From Lepidodermella squamata (Eukaryota > Animalia > Gastrotricha), in assembly GCA_047495785.1 (NCBI GenBank), contig JBLDXI010000009.1:1426001-1490000 (forward strand): a stretch of DNA of 64,000 bases. Direction: 5' to 3'. Below are positions 38,791 to 53,032 of this stretch, in pieces. The translations under genes and the position numbers were made by a program. How positions within the stretch are numbered: the first letter of the stretch is position 1; each line of letters opens with the position of its first letter. The notes under the pieces are model-generated. The model was not told the origin of the DNA. It made no database searches and saw only the letters and a list, made by a program, of their open reading frames with translations.

Positions 38791-41700
38791 ATGGCAGTAG
38801 ATCAAAGATCCAGGCCGCAGTTGACCGAAAATAGCCTCGATTCGTCTATTTTTACTTACCAGCCTAAGATATCTGAGCTATCAAATAAAATCGCCCAATC
38901 ATTGCAAGATGACTTTCTGACTCGTCAGCAGAAGCACGTCGAAAAGCAACGGCAAATCGTTAGTTGCACTGTTTTTACCTATTTGATCATTGCCGTTGGG
39001 GTGAGCCGCATGAGCTCGGAGGAAATTTGACGTACCTACATATTATCACATTCCTCTTTCTTGAAAGACCCTTTAATTCATGTTGGCAGAGTCATAAAAT
39101 GCCATACTCAGCAATTACACGGTCTAGCACGAGTGTTCAGGTTGTTGCACATTTCATATTATTCACTTGTAGCTAGACGTTGACTTGTGGTTCCAAATTA
39201 GTCATGTGCTATCCTGTACGGTTACCTCACTTATGTTCTTGGCATCTTATGCACGTGACCACAGCTAATCGTCAATATTTATATATTTCTTAGCTTCTTT
39301 CTAAGAATCAGGTAAAACACATTGCTGATAGCCCTACACTCACCAGAAGCCTATCATTTTATCTTTTGCCAAATTACATTATGTGAAGTAATTGTTCACA
39401 TGAGATTATAGAAATTAATGAATTTTTGCTCATTTATGCTGAACGCCGTTTCCTTAAACGTTGTCTAGTGCTTGATTTAAGCTTTTACAATATTCATGTT
39501 AAATTAAACGTAGCGTTTTAATTTCAGCGTTATTTACCATTTCGTTTACCCTCCGTCTAAATCTATCATAATATCCGCTCATTTTTGGTTTTATCATTAC
39601 AGTTGGAGCAGGCACTACCACCAGGCTTACGACGCATCAAACTCGCGCCAATCAGCAAACGAAAATCGCTCCCTTCGACGACCGATCTAACTGTTAGTCC
39701 AGTGCTCGCTCACCGAACATATTTTCTTAACTCTTGCATTGTTTTTCTTATTCAGCAAAGCGGAGTTGTTGCCGAGGAGGCAGAAGAAACTGACGACTTT
39801 GACCATTCTCTTAATCCCGGTAATTCTAAATTTTCACCTCGAGAAAACAACGGCAATCAGCAAGAATTGTCGGTCGAAAGCAAAATCAACTCGATGATGT
39901 CTTCAAGTATATTTTTTTGCGATTTTATTGTGCTATTTTAAATATAATTTTTACAGGTCCTTACGTTAGAGATCCTATTGTGCTTAATAAACGGCGCCAT
40001 CAAAGCAAGCCGGATACACAGCGCGCCTCTATGTCTAAATCGATTGCTGCTGTCGATAGTAAGTTGTTAACATGGTTTGTTGATTGCTAGTGAGCAGCAA
40101 ACGAACACCTTCATAATTAATTTACAAACAAAATTACTACCGCGTTATTGATCGGCCTATTTTTTGTTTTTGAAAACATCATTATCAAGAGTATTGCTGT
40201 TCTATTTTTCATGGCATTATGGGTCATCTAGTAGGTATCGCGTTTCTAATTTGATGTGTGATTTTTATTTAAGCAATAGTGACGGCTCGTCGAGAGCGCT
40301 CCGCATCACCCACACTTCGTCCATCACGCAGCCGCACTATGCCTTCATTTACTGCCTCGGCTGTCAACAAGGCAACACGCGAGCCGACTTCCTGTACTCT
40401 GGACCGGCTTCAACGTGCCCACGAAATGGTCCAGCGTGCTATAACCGAGAAGAAGATATTCTGTATCGCCGGCACTTACTACGCTCTTCGAGAGGCTCTC
40501 CGCGAACGGGGTTGGGTCGAAAAGTTCTGCTTCCAAAGCGGCAGTTCGGGCGCCACTTCAACCGATGAAAAGTCAAAATCCAAAGATTCAAAAGATAAAA
40601 CTCGCGGTCAGACAAACCGGCCGAGAACAACTGAATCCAGTGATTCCGATGACGACGGTGATAACTGTGACGCTGATGATTACGACGAAGAGGACAAAAA
40701 TCGAGTGCCGCCTTGGGAGGAAGACGGTGGAATATACGGCGTTATGAGTCGCATGCTCAAGAATCATTTACCAAATTTTATTTTCACAACTAAAACAAGC
40801 ACTATCGACTACAAAATGTTGCAAAAGGATCAAATCGTGAACCACTATTGTAAAAACAGTTGTTTAACGACGAAAAACGGCCTGTGCGTGAACCTGCGAA
40901 ATCTTCCATGGTACGAATCTGTTGATCCTAACGTGTTCTTCCCCCGCTGCTATAAAATAAGCACCGATGACGAAAAGCAGGATTTTATTGACGATTTCCG
41001 GTTGTCAGCTTGCCAAGCTGTTATTCGATGGATCATTGATCGTTTCGAGCCGCGTAAAAGCCGGCCTACGACTGCTTCTTCCTCACCCAATAACGGCGAC
41101 GATAAATCCTCGCCCTCGGCGGACGCGGCCGGTAACTCTGGTGGAGAGGGTTCCAGTTCTGTTTCCCCGCCAGCTGTCCCCATTCAGCCGACCCCGCCGG
41201 CAGTAAGTCGAGCCGCGTCGGCGAATAAGCAGACATCCCAGATTCCTTCGAAATTCTTAGACATTGCCGTTGAGCAGTGTGAGAAGTTTCTAATAGAACG
41301 CGAGCATGGCTTCCTCGATATGATGCGTGAACCCAACACGCTGACCGATTCACAGTGGGACCAGTTTCTCAATTGGTACTATCAGCTTGTGCAGTAAGTT
41401 TTTCAATTTCCGCTAGATTTCGCCTCTAATTACGCGAATTTCAGTCACAATGGGCGACTCCAAGCGATTTCATATTCTTTGGACAAGCTTCGTAATCTGG
41501 CTGCCCGGCTCGAAGCTACTCACCCGCAGCATCGAATGGACGGTACGAAAAATATTTGGATCGTAAAGCCCGGTGCCAAATCGCGAGGTCGCGGAATTCA
41601 GTGCTACGCTCGATTAGACGAGATTATCAAGCTTGTTTCAAGCCAAATGATAAGAGAGGGCAAGTATGTCGTTCAAAAGTACATCGAACGGCCGTTGCTC

Positions 41701-44363
41701 ATCTATGACACGAAATTCGACATTCGCCAGTGGTTTGTAATCACAGACTGGAACCCGCTAACGGTGTGGTTCTACGAGGACTGTTACCTGCGCTTCTGCT
41801 CGCAATTATTCTCGCTTGATAAATTCGACGAATCCGTGCATTTGTCGAATAACTCAATTCAGTGCCATTATTCGAATGCGAAAGAACGGAACAGTCGACT
41901 GCCGGCTGAAAATATGTGGACGTCTGATACTTTCCGAAGCTACCTCGTTAACGAAGTCGGCCAGCCTAATGTCTGGGACGAGGTCATTTACCCTGGGATG
42001 AAAAACGCTGTTATTTGGGCGTGCCAGGCTTGCCAGGATGTGATTGCCCCGCGTAAAAATACCTTCGAATTGTTTGGTGCCGATTTTATGCTCACCGAGG
42101 ACTACCAGCCGTGGCTGATCGAAGTCAACTGCAGCCCTTGCCTGGCTCCGTCAACGGCCGTTACCGCAAAAATGTGTCCTCAGGTGCAAGAGGATCTGCT
42201 CAAAAGTAATCACGATTTACATGAAAAATTCGCTAATAATAATTGATTTATTATTTTAGTCGTTTTGGACCGTCGGGTTGACAAAAATTGTAGCGTTGGC
42301 CGATTTGAACTCGCTTACAAACAGCCCCTTGTGACAGCGCCCAACTACCTCGGATTGTCTCTAGCTGTCGAAGGTCAAAATTGCGGGTGAGTTGGCCCTT
42401 TTCAATCAAAAATCGCCTATAAGCTTTCATTCTTGTCGCATTTCTTTGTGTTTTATCAGCGCTAGATGCTTCAGGGCGTTGCCCTATCTAAAAAAGAAAA
42501 GACGTCGACGACGTTCGATTTTTAGTGCTTGCTCCTGGTAGATGATAGAATTAATAAATTATTATAAATATAATCAATCTTCTTGATACAACACTTTGAA
42601 TTATTAATTAGCCTTGGCATTAGGTGAATTTTAAATCAACTGCATCGACTTGGCGAGACGAGAAATTTTGTATCACGTCTAGAATGAGATTGATTGAAAG
42701 GTCATTGTGATGATCTAATGCCAAGACCTCGAAGAAAATTACTGCACTCCCTTCTTAATTATCGAAGTTTTTTTTTTTCGTTTTTTTTTAATTGGCAGTA
42801 TAGCACTTTTTGGAAAATTATAAAAAATGTCCATTTATTATTTCACAGTCGCCGAATTAAAGCTGCGCCGAACGACGGATATACCCAAAATGGGTCAAAT
42901 ATTCAATCTCGAGCCGTAATGGGTTTGCTGCGTTCGACGAGTACTTCAGACGGCGAGGATGAAAGTGGATCGTCGGAAGAGTCGTCCGATTCAGATTCTG
43001 AGAACACGGCCAGCCGGAGTCACGCTAAAAAGACTGTAAGAAACGCAGCTAGAAACGTCGCCCAACGCAAATCTTTGCCGGTTTCGCTGGCGATGAGCAG
43101 CACTAACATCAAAAAGTTGGACTCGCCTGGGCTGAGAGCCGCTTATCAACAAGCCGCGAAAAGCAAGGCTAAATCTGAAGGTAGGCGCCTGCTAGCTATA
43201 GCGACAGTCAAAATTGGTCGTCGTCTTCTGACAAGGCGAAACTGAATGTAAATAGAATGCAAAATTAACTATATAATAATCGTTGAGAAAAAATGGAAAA
43301 AACTGATCGATCGCATGCGTTATTGTTAATAAGCAGCAGCAAACGAGCCGAGAATATTGAACCTAGCAACGTGCCGCATTGACACGTCCATTTTCGGTAA
43401 CGAGTTTGTTGCAAAAAAATGCCAAACCATATAGGGGCGCTACCTCCGTTTGCTTGTTACGGTTCATTTGCATCGAAAAACCGGCGTTCTTCGTTTTGTG
43501 AACCCCCTAGTGTTATCAGTTTTTTGGCGGCAGGGAATCTCAAGCTCTGATTCAAGCTTCTAACCCAAACCGACACTTTTCACCCCCAGCTTGTTTTGCT
43601 TGTTGATGCTTCCTTCTACTGTTTAGTTTTCTATGCTGATAGCAGTTCTGAAAGGGTGAAATTTCGCCCTTGAGTGAAATTAACGCTTACTAACATTTTA
43701 ATTGCATGCTTCTTTTTTTACCCTAACTCAACAGATTTCGCCGATGTGGCCGTTTCGAAGCGCAAAATGTACTACTTGTACGACGGCGGGCCGAGCGGTC
43801 AGCGGCAAAATTTCCCTATCCGCATACCGCATTTGCCTACTAACGCTCAAGTCGGCGGCTTTCCGTCCAACGTTTTGATCGCCGTTCAGCGAAATAACGC
43901 CAAAAATGAGCAGAAACGGCGCGGCAAAGGCGGGGCCGGGAAGAAGCGAAAGGAAACCGGAGTTTTGGCATTTTCAAACGACCGGCGGTCAGATATTGCC
44001 CTGGGCCAGTTGCCAGAGGACGATGCAAATAGCGTGAACGGGACCAGTTCAAATTTGGCCCCTCGAATGTTGCTGCCGTTGCAAAGTCGAACGCGGCAAA
44101 TCTTCCCACGCCCTATGCCATCAGCTCAGCCGATTCGATCGTCGAATTCCAGCACAGCGAGTGGCGGTTTCAATTGCTCCTCGGTAGATTCTAATGGCGG
44201 CTCGAATTTTGAATCTGCTAACGTATCTTTACGGCCTTTGATGCCGTTTTCTAGTAACGATGGGCCGCGACTGTTTCGCCCGCCGATTATGCGAGAGCTT
44301 GCTTCGATCGACGTTGATCTGGCAAGTGTTGGCGGTAGCAGCGTGCGCAACAGATTAATGTGA
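38791..44363 (+). CDS. TTLL3: Tubulin monoglycylase TTLL3/TTLL8-like, about 10 exons
   Basis: LRERGWVEK, VNHY, LTTKNGL, FFPRCY, NIWIVKPGAKSRGRGI, YVVQKYIERP, KFDIRQW, FELFGADF and WLIEVN. Phase-consistent exons: 38791-38958, 39294-39311, 39603-39692, 39756-39906, 39957-40058, 40274-41393, 41445-42205, 42260-42386, 42849-43180, 43735-44363. The 5' exons are less certain. Confidence 0.88.
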
Positions 44364-45070
44364 TGCTAATAACTGAAATTCTAGCTTCAAATTTAATTTT
44401 ATGAGATAACTCTGAATCGATTGCCTGTAGGCAGTGTGGCTTTTCTGAACTACTACTAATCAAACGCTTCGAATTTATATTTTTCATCTTGCTTTTATAA
44501 CTCCGAATAATGAAGATCGAATGCTTGAAGAGATTCATGGCCGAAAAATTGGGACCTCGTGAAACTGTGGTTAAAATGCACTATATCGAACCAGTAATTT
44601 GAGAAAAAAAATCCTTTTTTACCATCTTTTTCATCCATTTCAATGTTCAAAATAGCGATGGTTGCATGTTCACCCGCGCTAAATTAGCTGAAGTATATCA
44701 AAAAGGCCGAATGACGCTATCTATTTTTGCCGTTATTTTTAAATTGAGGCGTCTTTCAGCGATATGTTAAATCAATTCGTTTCGAGGGAGGGGCTTTTTG
44801 TACTCGTTGTACCAACTGAAACATTATTGTAATTTGCGTAATAATATTTTTTGTTATTTTTGTATTTTCTGAACAAATTGTCTATTTGAAAACGTCGGTG
44901 ATTTTTAACAGCTATCAAAATATTTTTGTCTTATTGTCTTATACTCCCGGCAGTTTGTTGTAGAACGGTAATTCCGTTAGCTAATTAACGAAATTTAAGA
45001 TTAAAAAAGTTGTTGATTGATTTCACTCGTGTTGCTTTTTTTATTCATATGGATTCAATTTTGTTTCAAG

Positions 45071-45855
45071 GTCGGACCGAAACTATTTTGGAGGAGGACG
45101 ATGACATGTTTGTAGATGACGAACCGCCAGAAGTTATGTGCTACCAGCCTGACGATGACTACGAAGAAGATGAGGCGAGTAAAGGTAAATCAGGCAGAGA
45201 AACGCCGACAAACAAAAAACCGGTGGGTTTTACTTCGTTCACATTCACTCGGCCGCAAGAGGAGAGGGCCGAGCTGCATCCGGTTGCGGGTCACAACCAT
45301 GAGAATTTGGCAGCGCGGCGCAGTGTGCCCACTGACCCTCGGCAAACTGTCGCTGAGCAGAACAGGCAAACGGTTGCCAATATTATGACCTACCACCCAC
45401 CTCTACCGTCAAGAAAGCCAAGGACTTTCCTGTCGTATTCTAGTTTTATTCCAAGCCGCATTCTCAAGGGCCCAATGTTCATAAGCAACAACGCTTTGGA
45501 AACAATACTGAATCGAGCTCGGAATACAATCGCGGCTGCTGGCGCCCTTGCCGCAACTAGCGGTGGCATGCCTGTCGGCTCTGCAGAGTACGAACGAGTG
45601 GTTGCATCGTTCAATGCTGGCGCTGCCAGCGGAGTATACTCTGAAGATGCTAAACCGGAGCTTGACGAGATTATTAATAACGAAGATCCGCAAGCCAAGA
45701 TGTACATGTTTCCGAAGCACCGAGCGAAGAAGCCTATCAGAGATCAACGACGCCGCTCTTTTAGCACATTTACCCATAGTGACAATTTAATTTCCCCGGT
45801 TAGACAAGTTGCTTTAGCTTATCAGACAAGCTTTCTCGGTTCGAAGAAAAGCTGA
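45071..45855 (+). CDS. Orphan coding exon, probably an alternative last exon of TTLL3
   Basis: About 260 open codons after acceptor tttcaag| (phase 1), compatible with the phase-1 donor at 43181. Confidence 0.5.
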
Positions 45856-46842
45856 AACCGACAGGATGTCATTATTTTATACCGTTCTTGCGAAATACTC
45901 ATGTTTAATGCCGCGAATGGGTAGCTTTGGCAATGACTCACCGACGAACTTTGGAAGTAATGCGCCAATTTGGCTAGATTAATCGTAACTTTAGTCCTTT
46001 GCAACTAAACTAATTAGAAATTAGCTGATTAATCAAAGTTTATTCCAAGGTCAGTCCATGCTCAAAGCGATCCCAAGTCACGGCAAGCTTTCCTCCCGTG
46101 CGTGCATGTTGTGCTTTATATTTCTTAACTTTAGGATTTGTTGATTCTAAATGCAGTATACGATTGAATAAAATGTATTGTTGTGAATATGGAAAAGCAG
46201 TTACCATTACATAACTCATTATCTTTTACCAACTATTCCACGTGCTGTCATAGAAGCTCCGCAGGGGCTCCGTTTCCACAAAACATAATCAATTTCTCCT
46301 TAAGCATAACACCGTTTTATTACGATAAACAGCAAGCTTCGGTCGCGGTAGAGTTAACTTGCTCCAGCATTATCCACGGCCTGGAACCCATATAAAAGCT
46401 GACTGTATGGTCAAACAATGTCTAACTTTCCGGCTTCGCGCCGAAAAATTCGGTCAAAATTGCTGACAAGCATGAAGCGCGAAGATACGCTATAGCAACC
46501 GTCCACGGGCAATGAATTGAAAATTGGTCGCTTTTTGGTGCGAGTCTAGAATACAGATAGAACACAGTATGAAACCTGAAACCTGGAACTACTTATGAGT
46601 TATTATGTTTGGTCAAGTGCTGCCTCTTTCAAATCAACACGGTTAGATTAATTCCTTTATTTTCCTTTGCATTGGCGGTGAAAGCGATTCAACGGGAAAA
46701 TAAAACGAAAAAGATAATAAATACAAGATCAATTTATTCGAGACTGACTTCTTCAAGATTAAAACGAAATACCAGAAAATAATAACCGGGTGCAAACAAA
46801 AAATAATAACGATTAGGAGACTCGGAATCTCTATGAGAGAAT

Positions 46843-47334
46843 TCACCAAAAGGTCCAACCGCCCGAACCACTGCCCTCCCAGAAATTACTCGGCCGTTGG
46901 GTGACGACGAAATTAGCACCAGGCATTGGGGGTTGGTATTGATAGGGTGTAGCAAACGTTGTTCCAACACCAGGAATATACGTAGGTTGACCAGGCGCCA
47001 CCGGCATGTAACCGCCATACATGGCTGTTTGAGCAGCGTTGGGCTGGCAACCAGGCGGAGGTGGCTGGAATTTTCGAAGAAATTAAAAAAAATTTGATAT
47101 GGATAAGTCGAAGCTTACCGGAACATTCGGACGCGCCGAGTTATCGAACCGGGCACCAGGGTCGAATCCCCCCGGCACATACACAGTAGGTCGAGGTGCG
47201 TACGCCGGTGGAGTCGCCTGGTACTGTTGCTGAGGGGCTACTGGGCGAGGGGGCTGCGAAGACGATGCCACTGCCTGCTCATAGGGTGGAGGCGGCGGCA
47301 AACCGCCCTTGCTTTTATTACCCTTCGAACTCAT
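46843..47334 (-). CDS. DAZAP2: DAZ-associated protein 2, 2 exons
   Basis: PPPYEQ, PPAY, GFDPGARF...VP|PPPPGCQPNAAQ...GANFVVTQRPSNFWEGSGSGGWTFW. Exons 47119-47334 and 46843-47064. Confidence 0.9.
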
Positions 47335-47469
47335 ATTCGAATAAATATCTAAATCGAGAGACGAAAAATGCGGTAAATTCGCAATGTTTTTAACGTCAAA
47401 AAGCGATGATCAAGACTAAATTGGAGCAATTATTGTGATTCAATTGATGATTTGAAAGCCGTGTATGAA

Positions 47470-50400
47470 CTAGCCGCGATACTGCGTGAAAGAAGGCGCA
47501 CCGGCGGGTGGCGACGCGCTCGCTCCGAAAGCACCGGTGCCAGTTGAGGCGAGCGCGGCAAAACCTGATTGCCCGCCGCCGCTACCGCCGAAAATGGAGC
47601 CGCCAGTTGGGGCGGCTGGAGCGGCTGCTGCTGCTGCTCCGAAACCGCCAAAACCGGTCGACGCAGCGGCACCGCCTCCAAATGCGGGTGTTGCTCCGAA
47701 AGCAGGAGCAGAGCCGAAACCAGGTGCGGCGCCAAAACCGGGTGCAGTACCAAAAGCAGGGGTGGCTCCAAAGCTAGGCGAGCTGCCGAAACCAGCAGCC
47801 GCACCAAAACCACTAGGAGCAGGACTCGCAGCTATTTAAGATCCGAAAAAGTATAACTTGTTCACGTCTACTCGAGGTGAGCTTACCTGGCTGAGACGCA
47901 GCGCCAAAAGTAGCACTGCCACCGAATGAAAACGATGACCCGGTCGCGGCTGGGGTAGTTGGGCTGAGTGCTGAGCCGCCGAAAAGGCCGCTACCAGCTG
48001 GTTTCGTAGCGGTAGCTGCAGCCGGAGGGGCGAAACTGAAACCAGTCGACGGCGTGGCAGGAGGCGCTGCGGCACCCCCGAACAACCCACCGCCGGTTGA
48101 AGTAGCCGGGGCGGATGGGGTGGCGGCGGCGGAGAGGAACGACCCGCCAAATGGCCCTGACCCGGGTGGTTTATTCGACTCTGATTTGCCGATATCAGAC
48201 AACGAAGAGGCGAACATGCCTCCGAAAAGGTTGTCCGAGTTTGACTGGGGAGCAGCTGGTTGACTAGTTGGTTGACCGAAGAGATTTGTTGAAGCCGGAG
48301 CGCTCGATGCCGGTGGTGCAAATGAGAACACACTACCGGATGACGACGCTGTCGTCGCAGCAGCGGTCGACGAAGCCGGTGCAGTGAAGCCAAAGACCGA
48401 GGATGAGGCCTTAAATAACATAAAGTTGTCAATTTTAACGCATAAATGCTGGGTTCATTTTGATGAAAAATGAAAAGAGCTCCAAATGTTGTTCAAAAGA
48501 ACGAAATTTAAAAAATTTTAGCCACTGTTTTACGGCTGACGATCTAGGAAAAACTATCGAGACTACCCAAATCTACCATTGAGATCGAGTAGCGGCTTCC
48601 AGATTTTAAAAGCCTTCCAAGTCTCCTACTTGGAACCAGTCTAAAAGCAGAAAGGAGCTACTCGATCTCAATGGTTCATTTCCTAAATCGTCTACCTTAA
48701 CAAAATAGGAAAAAAATTACCTGAGACGGAGCTGAGGTGGTAGTTGCCGGCGCAGCAAAACTGAATGCCGAAGTCGAAGCTGTCGTAGTCGCAGTCGCAG
48801 GGGCCGCAAAGCTGAAGCCCGATGATGGCGCGGATGTAGCCGCAACAGCAGTGGTCACTGGGGCGCCGAATAAATTCGTAGACGATGTGGTTGAGGTGGT
48901 TGAAGCAGACGGGGTCGATGACAGCAAACCGAACAGCGTCGAATTCGAAGATGTTGACCCGCCGAACAAACTTGACGAAGAATTCGTTGTGGTTGACGAA
49001 GTCGGTGTTACGCCGCTGGAAGACATCGCTCCCGTAAACATCGACGGAGCAGCTGATGCGGAGTACGTCGCAGGCGCGAATGAAAAGCCACTGGCCGTCG
49101 CCGGTTTTGAGCTAGACGTCGCTGTTACTACCGAGCTTGAAGCAGCCGAAGTTGAAGCGGCTGGCGCCGTGAATCCAAACACAGAATTTGAGGCAGAAGA
49201 AGTAGATGCAGGCGTAGCTCCGCCCAACGAACTAAACAGCGAAGGCGCGGGTGAGTTTGAAGCTGGAGCACCCAGCAACGCCATCAAACTCGACGGCTGT
49301 GATGTGGCAGTTGAGGTAGCAGGATTAGCCGGCTTGTTTTCGTTATCGTCGGCTAGAAACGACATTAATACAGACGGCTTCGCAGCTTCCGCCGGTTGCT
49401 TCGTTACAGTACTAGGAGTCGGTGCGGCAAATAAGGGCTTATTCTCCGGCGGCTGAGTCGTGTTTTGAGGAGAATTCGCTGGTGCTCCGAAACCAAATCC
49501 ACTCGACCCTGTAGGAGCAGCCATCGAAAACGCGGGTTTTGTTGTAGTAGCAGCAGCAGCAGTTGTAGTTGTCACTGCGCTTTGAGCTGGACTCGCAGCA
49601 CTTGTAGTCGCAGGGGTTGGTGGTTTGAATAGAGAGCTTTGAGCCCCAGGAGCTGAAAACGGAGAGACATTCGGAGCAGAGCCGAATAAATTGCTGAAAG
49701 CACTCGGTTTCGCTTGGTCTTGCTTCCCGGCAGCTTCATTTTCACCGCTTTTCTGGTCAGACTTCGCTGGAGAGTTAGCAGGCGGAAATCCGAAAGCAGC
49801 AACTGGTTTTTGAGCGGTTTGACTGTTAGAAACACCGAAATTCAACGTCGCGTTTGGAGCAATATTTTGAGCAGGAACTGGTTTCGCCTGAGCTTGCGTC
49901 ATATTCACAGGTTGATTCACAACGTTCTCAGCCGGTTTTGCCTCAACTTTCTCAACTGGTTTCGGCTTCGCAGGCTCCGACAGCTGAGGTCCAGGTTGAA
50001 TCTGCGGCTTTGGAATCGAAATTCCTCTCACCGTTGGAACAGCATCTTGCACGACCGGAAAATTAGCACTCGATTGGCTGATCTTGGCATCTTGGACTGG
50101 ATAGTTAGCAGGCAGTGAAATTGGTTGGCTAACTTTTTTGACGGATGGCGGTGGTTTGGGCAAAGTTTTCCCGATTTCAGCAAAACTTGGCTGAGCTGCA
50201 ACGACGATGCAGTTCATGCGGTGAGTCGTCATCAAACAACGCGATAGGCGAGCCGCGTTTTTCAACTGAGCATCGCCGTCATGCGAAAATGAATTCAATA
50301 CAGCCGTTGTAACAACTGGTCTTTTAATCGAGTCATCCAGCGAGACGTGCTGTTTAATCTAAAATTGAAGAAAATATTCATTGATAGAAAATTATAGGTG

Positions 50401-51525
50401 CATTAAGTGGACAAATTTCCCCAAAATATGATTTTTAGATCATAAAAAGGAAATTTGAAATCGCGAAAAAAATCGGAGAAATATAGTGCTGAAAGCTCAA
50501 TTTTGGTGATACAGCGATTCAGACCCGAGAAATGATATTTACTAACCTTGGCCAACTTCTTATGCAATTCGGCGACGAAGAGCTTTTGCAGATGAACTGC
50601 TTTTTGTAGGCCATACGCTGCCTCGTAGATGTTTTTCACCGAAGTCGCGTCTTGTTTCGCTTGATCAGCTCCGCTGCAAGTTCTCGCAACAAGGGCATCG
50701 TAGACGAAATCCAGCGATTTATTCATCTCACGAAGCCGAGTCAGCTGCTGCCCGCAGGCGGCGAATAACTGTTGAGAGACACTAGCGCTTGTATGTTTCA
50801 GCCGATTTCGCAAACTCGGCGAAACAGCGTTGGCCGCCGCTGGATTCGGCATTGGTTTTGGCGAAAGAGTCAATCGCTGACTGGCCGATGTTTGTTTCAC
50901 CGGCGATGTCGGCCCAGCAATTGCAACCCTGGTCTCTTCCGCTCGAGCTAAACCATCAACTAACCTAGCACTCAGCAATTTGAAGCCGCTTTCTAGATCA
51001 GTCAACGAAGCTCGATATTCGTCCAAATGATTGTTGACTTCGGTCAACACTTTTGCAAAATGTTGCCGGTCATTTTCCAACTGGGCGTTGAAAGATTTTT
51101 CATTGTCTAGCAAAGGCTTGACGGTTTTAGCCCATACAGCGTACAACTGGTTGATTCCGACTATTTCCTCGTCAATTTTAGATGCGACGAATGCGTCGAG
51201 TTCTTGTTCAATTTGAGCTTTATTAGGCTGCGCAGGTGACTGGTTTGCTGGGACCTCGGGTTTCAAGACCGGCTTTTGAGGCTGGGCTGGAACCACGGGA
51301 GTTGAAATCACAGCTGGGCTCGGGGCTTTTGCGAATAAACTCGGGATCGAAGCAGCTGCCGGCTGTTGAGGTGGATTAACTGGCGCTTGTGTTTGCTGCT
51401 GGTGTTGCTTCTGTAAAACTTGCTGTTGTTGCTGCAAAATGCTTGACTGAGGAGTCGAAGGCGGGGCGCCAAATAACGGATTTGGCTTATTTTGAACTGG
51501 AGCAACTGGTTGTTGTTGCTGTTGC

Positions 51526-51568
<43 letters not shown>

Positions 51569-53032
51569 GAGGTTGAGCGGGTGTAAAAGGTAGAGCAACC
51601 GGATTCTTATTCAAGACAATAGCATCATTTGCGGAATTGGCAACGCTATAAACCGAAATCATTCCCGTACTAAGAGGGATCAGTAAAAGAGGACTAGGAG
51701 GGACTTTCGCAGCCGCTTGAGGGTCGTCGACCAGATTCGAAGGTATGACAGCCGGATGTTGGGATGACAACGAGATGTTCAACCCAACAGGATAAGACGG
51801 TGACGTCGGATCGGCCGGGAAAGTCAATCGACCTGTTTCGTCTTCAACGATCAACTGTTCCCAGCTCTGTTCAGCCTGATTATACGACAGTAACGATCCT
51901 TCTAGGGCGGACTGGCTAACAGCTAGAACAATCCTCCATTCGTGAATGGGCCAGAAAAAGTACTGGCGAGGGTGAGACAAATCATCGTCAGTTCCGTAGC
52001 AAATATCGCCAAATTCGGTGAAAGCCGGTTGTTCCGCTCTTGTATTCACAAAAATAATTTGTGGTTGTGGGTTTGATCCGTCATTTGCGAGGTAAGCTGC
52101 GGCGTAATTATGGTTGTCAAGCCAAAGTAGGTCGCATACAGAGACGTTTTGCAAAGGAGCAATGACAGTTCCCTTCGGTTTCATTCCAGCAGGTTCAAAT
52201 CGGACTAAACGTCCAGTTTTGTCGCCAATAGCAAACTGCTTGCCTTTCCGACTCCAAGAAACGCATGTAACGCCTGTATTCGCGGGCAGGCTCCCTAAAA
52301 CCATCGGACTTTTCAGCAGCGAGAAATGGCACAAAGAACCATCGCTAAAAACTGCCAAAGCAGACGGAACATCGCCTTCAACGTTAGCCGATCCTGCAGC
52401 AGGAGGACTATCCATGGGTCGAATAGTTACCGATAATAAAGTAACATTCGGTGAAGATGATAAATTTATCCGCCCAATGGGGTTACAAGAACCAGCCGAT
52501 AATTCTGGAACGGAAAACAAACAGGCTGATGGACTTTTTGAATTGGCATCGGATCCACAAACGACCAGAGTAAGCTCATCATCGCTCAACAGAAGGTGAG
52601 AAGGCTCTTCGAAAATAGAGCTTAACGATACACGCTTCGAGTCAAGCGATTGATTATTCAAAATTGTAGCTGAACGCGTCGACTTTGATGCAGCTGAGAC
52701 ATCGATTTTATTCGCTTGGAAAACGACAAGGTCTAAAAATACGTGATTTTATAGGTTAAATCGTGTTAAATTTAGCAGATAGCATACCCTTCGAGACTGG
52801 ATGAGCAACGAAAACATAGCCGTATTTGTTTGAGCAAGCAACTAAATTGAATCTTCGGTTCAAACGAGAATTAAATGACGCCGCCGCTGAATCGAATAAG
52901 GAAAGCTGGCATTGTTCGACAAACTTAACGGTCTGTGTCAGAATAAGCGAATTATTTTTAGGCTAGATATTCAACACAATACTAGCATACCTTTGTCTCG
53001 ACAACTCGACCTTCCTTTTTGTTCACCTCCAT
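47470..53032 (-). CDS. NUP214: Nucleoporin NUP214, multi-exon
   Basis: N-terminal beta-propeller (CSNKYGYVF, CVSWSRKGKQFAIG), coiled-coil middle, long S/T/A-rich FG region and C-terminal SFTQYRG. Confidence 0.9.
48538..48692. repeat. Intronic nested inverted repeat (fold-back, MITE-like)
   Basis: Perfect 19-bp IR at 48575-48593 / 48657-48675, a 14-bp outer IR with one mismatch, and an 8-bp inner stem. Confidence 0.8.
51509..51568 (-). repeat. (CAA)n coding microsatellite giving poly-Q in NUP214
   Basis: About 20 Gln codons, mostly CAA. Confidence 0.9.

Noticed and set aside
47486-49456. Plus-strand Ala/Pro/Val-rich ORFs
   Set aside because: They are the antisense shadow of the NUP214 FG-repeat exons.
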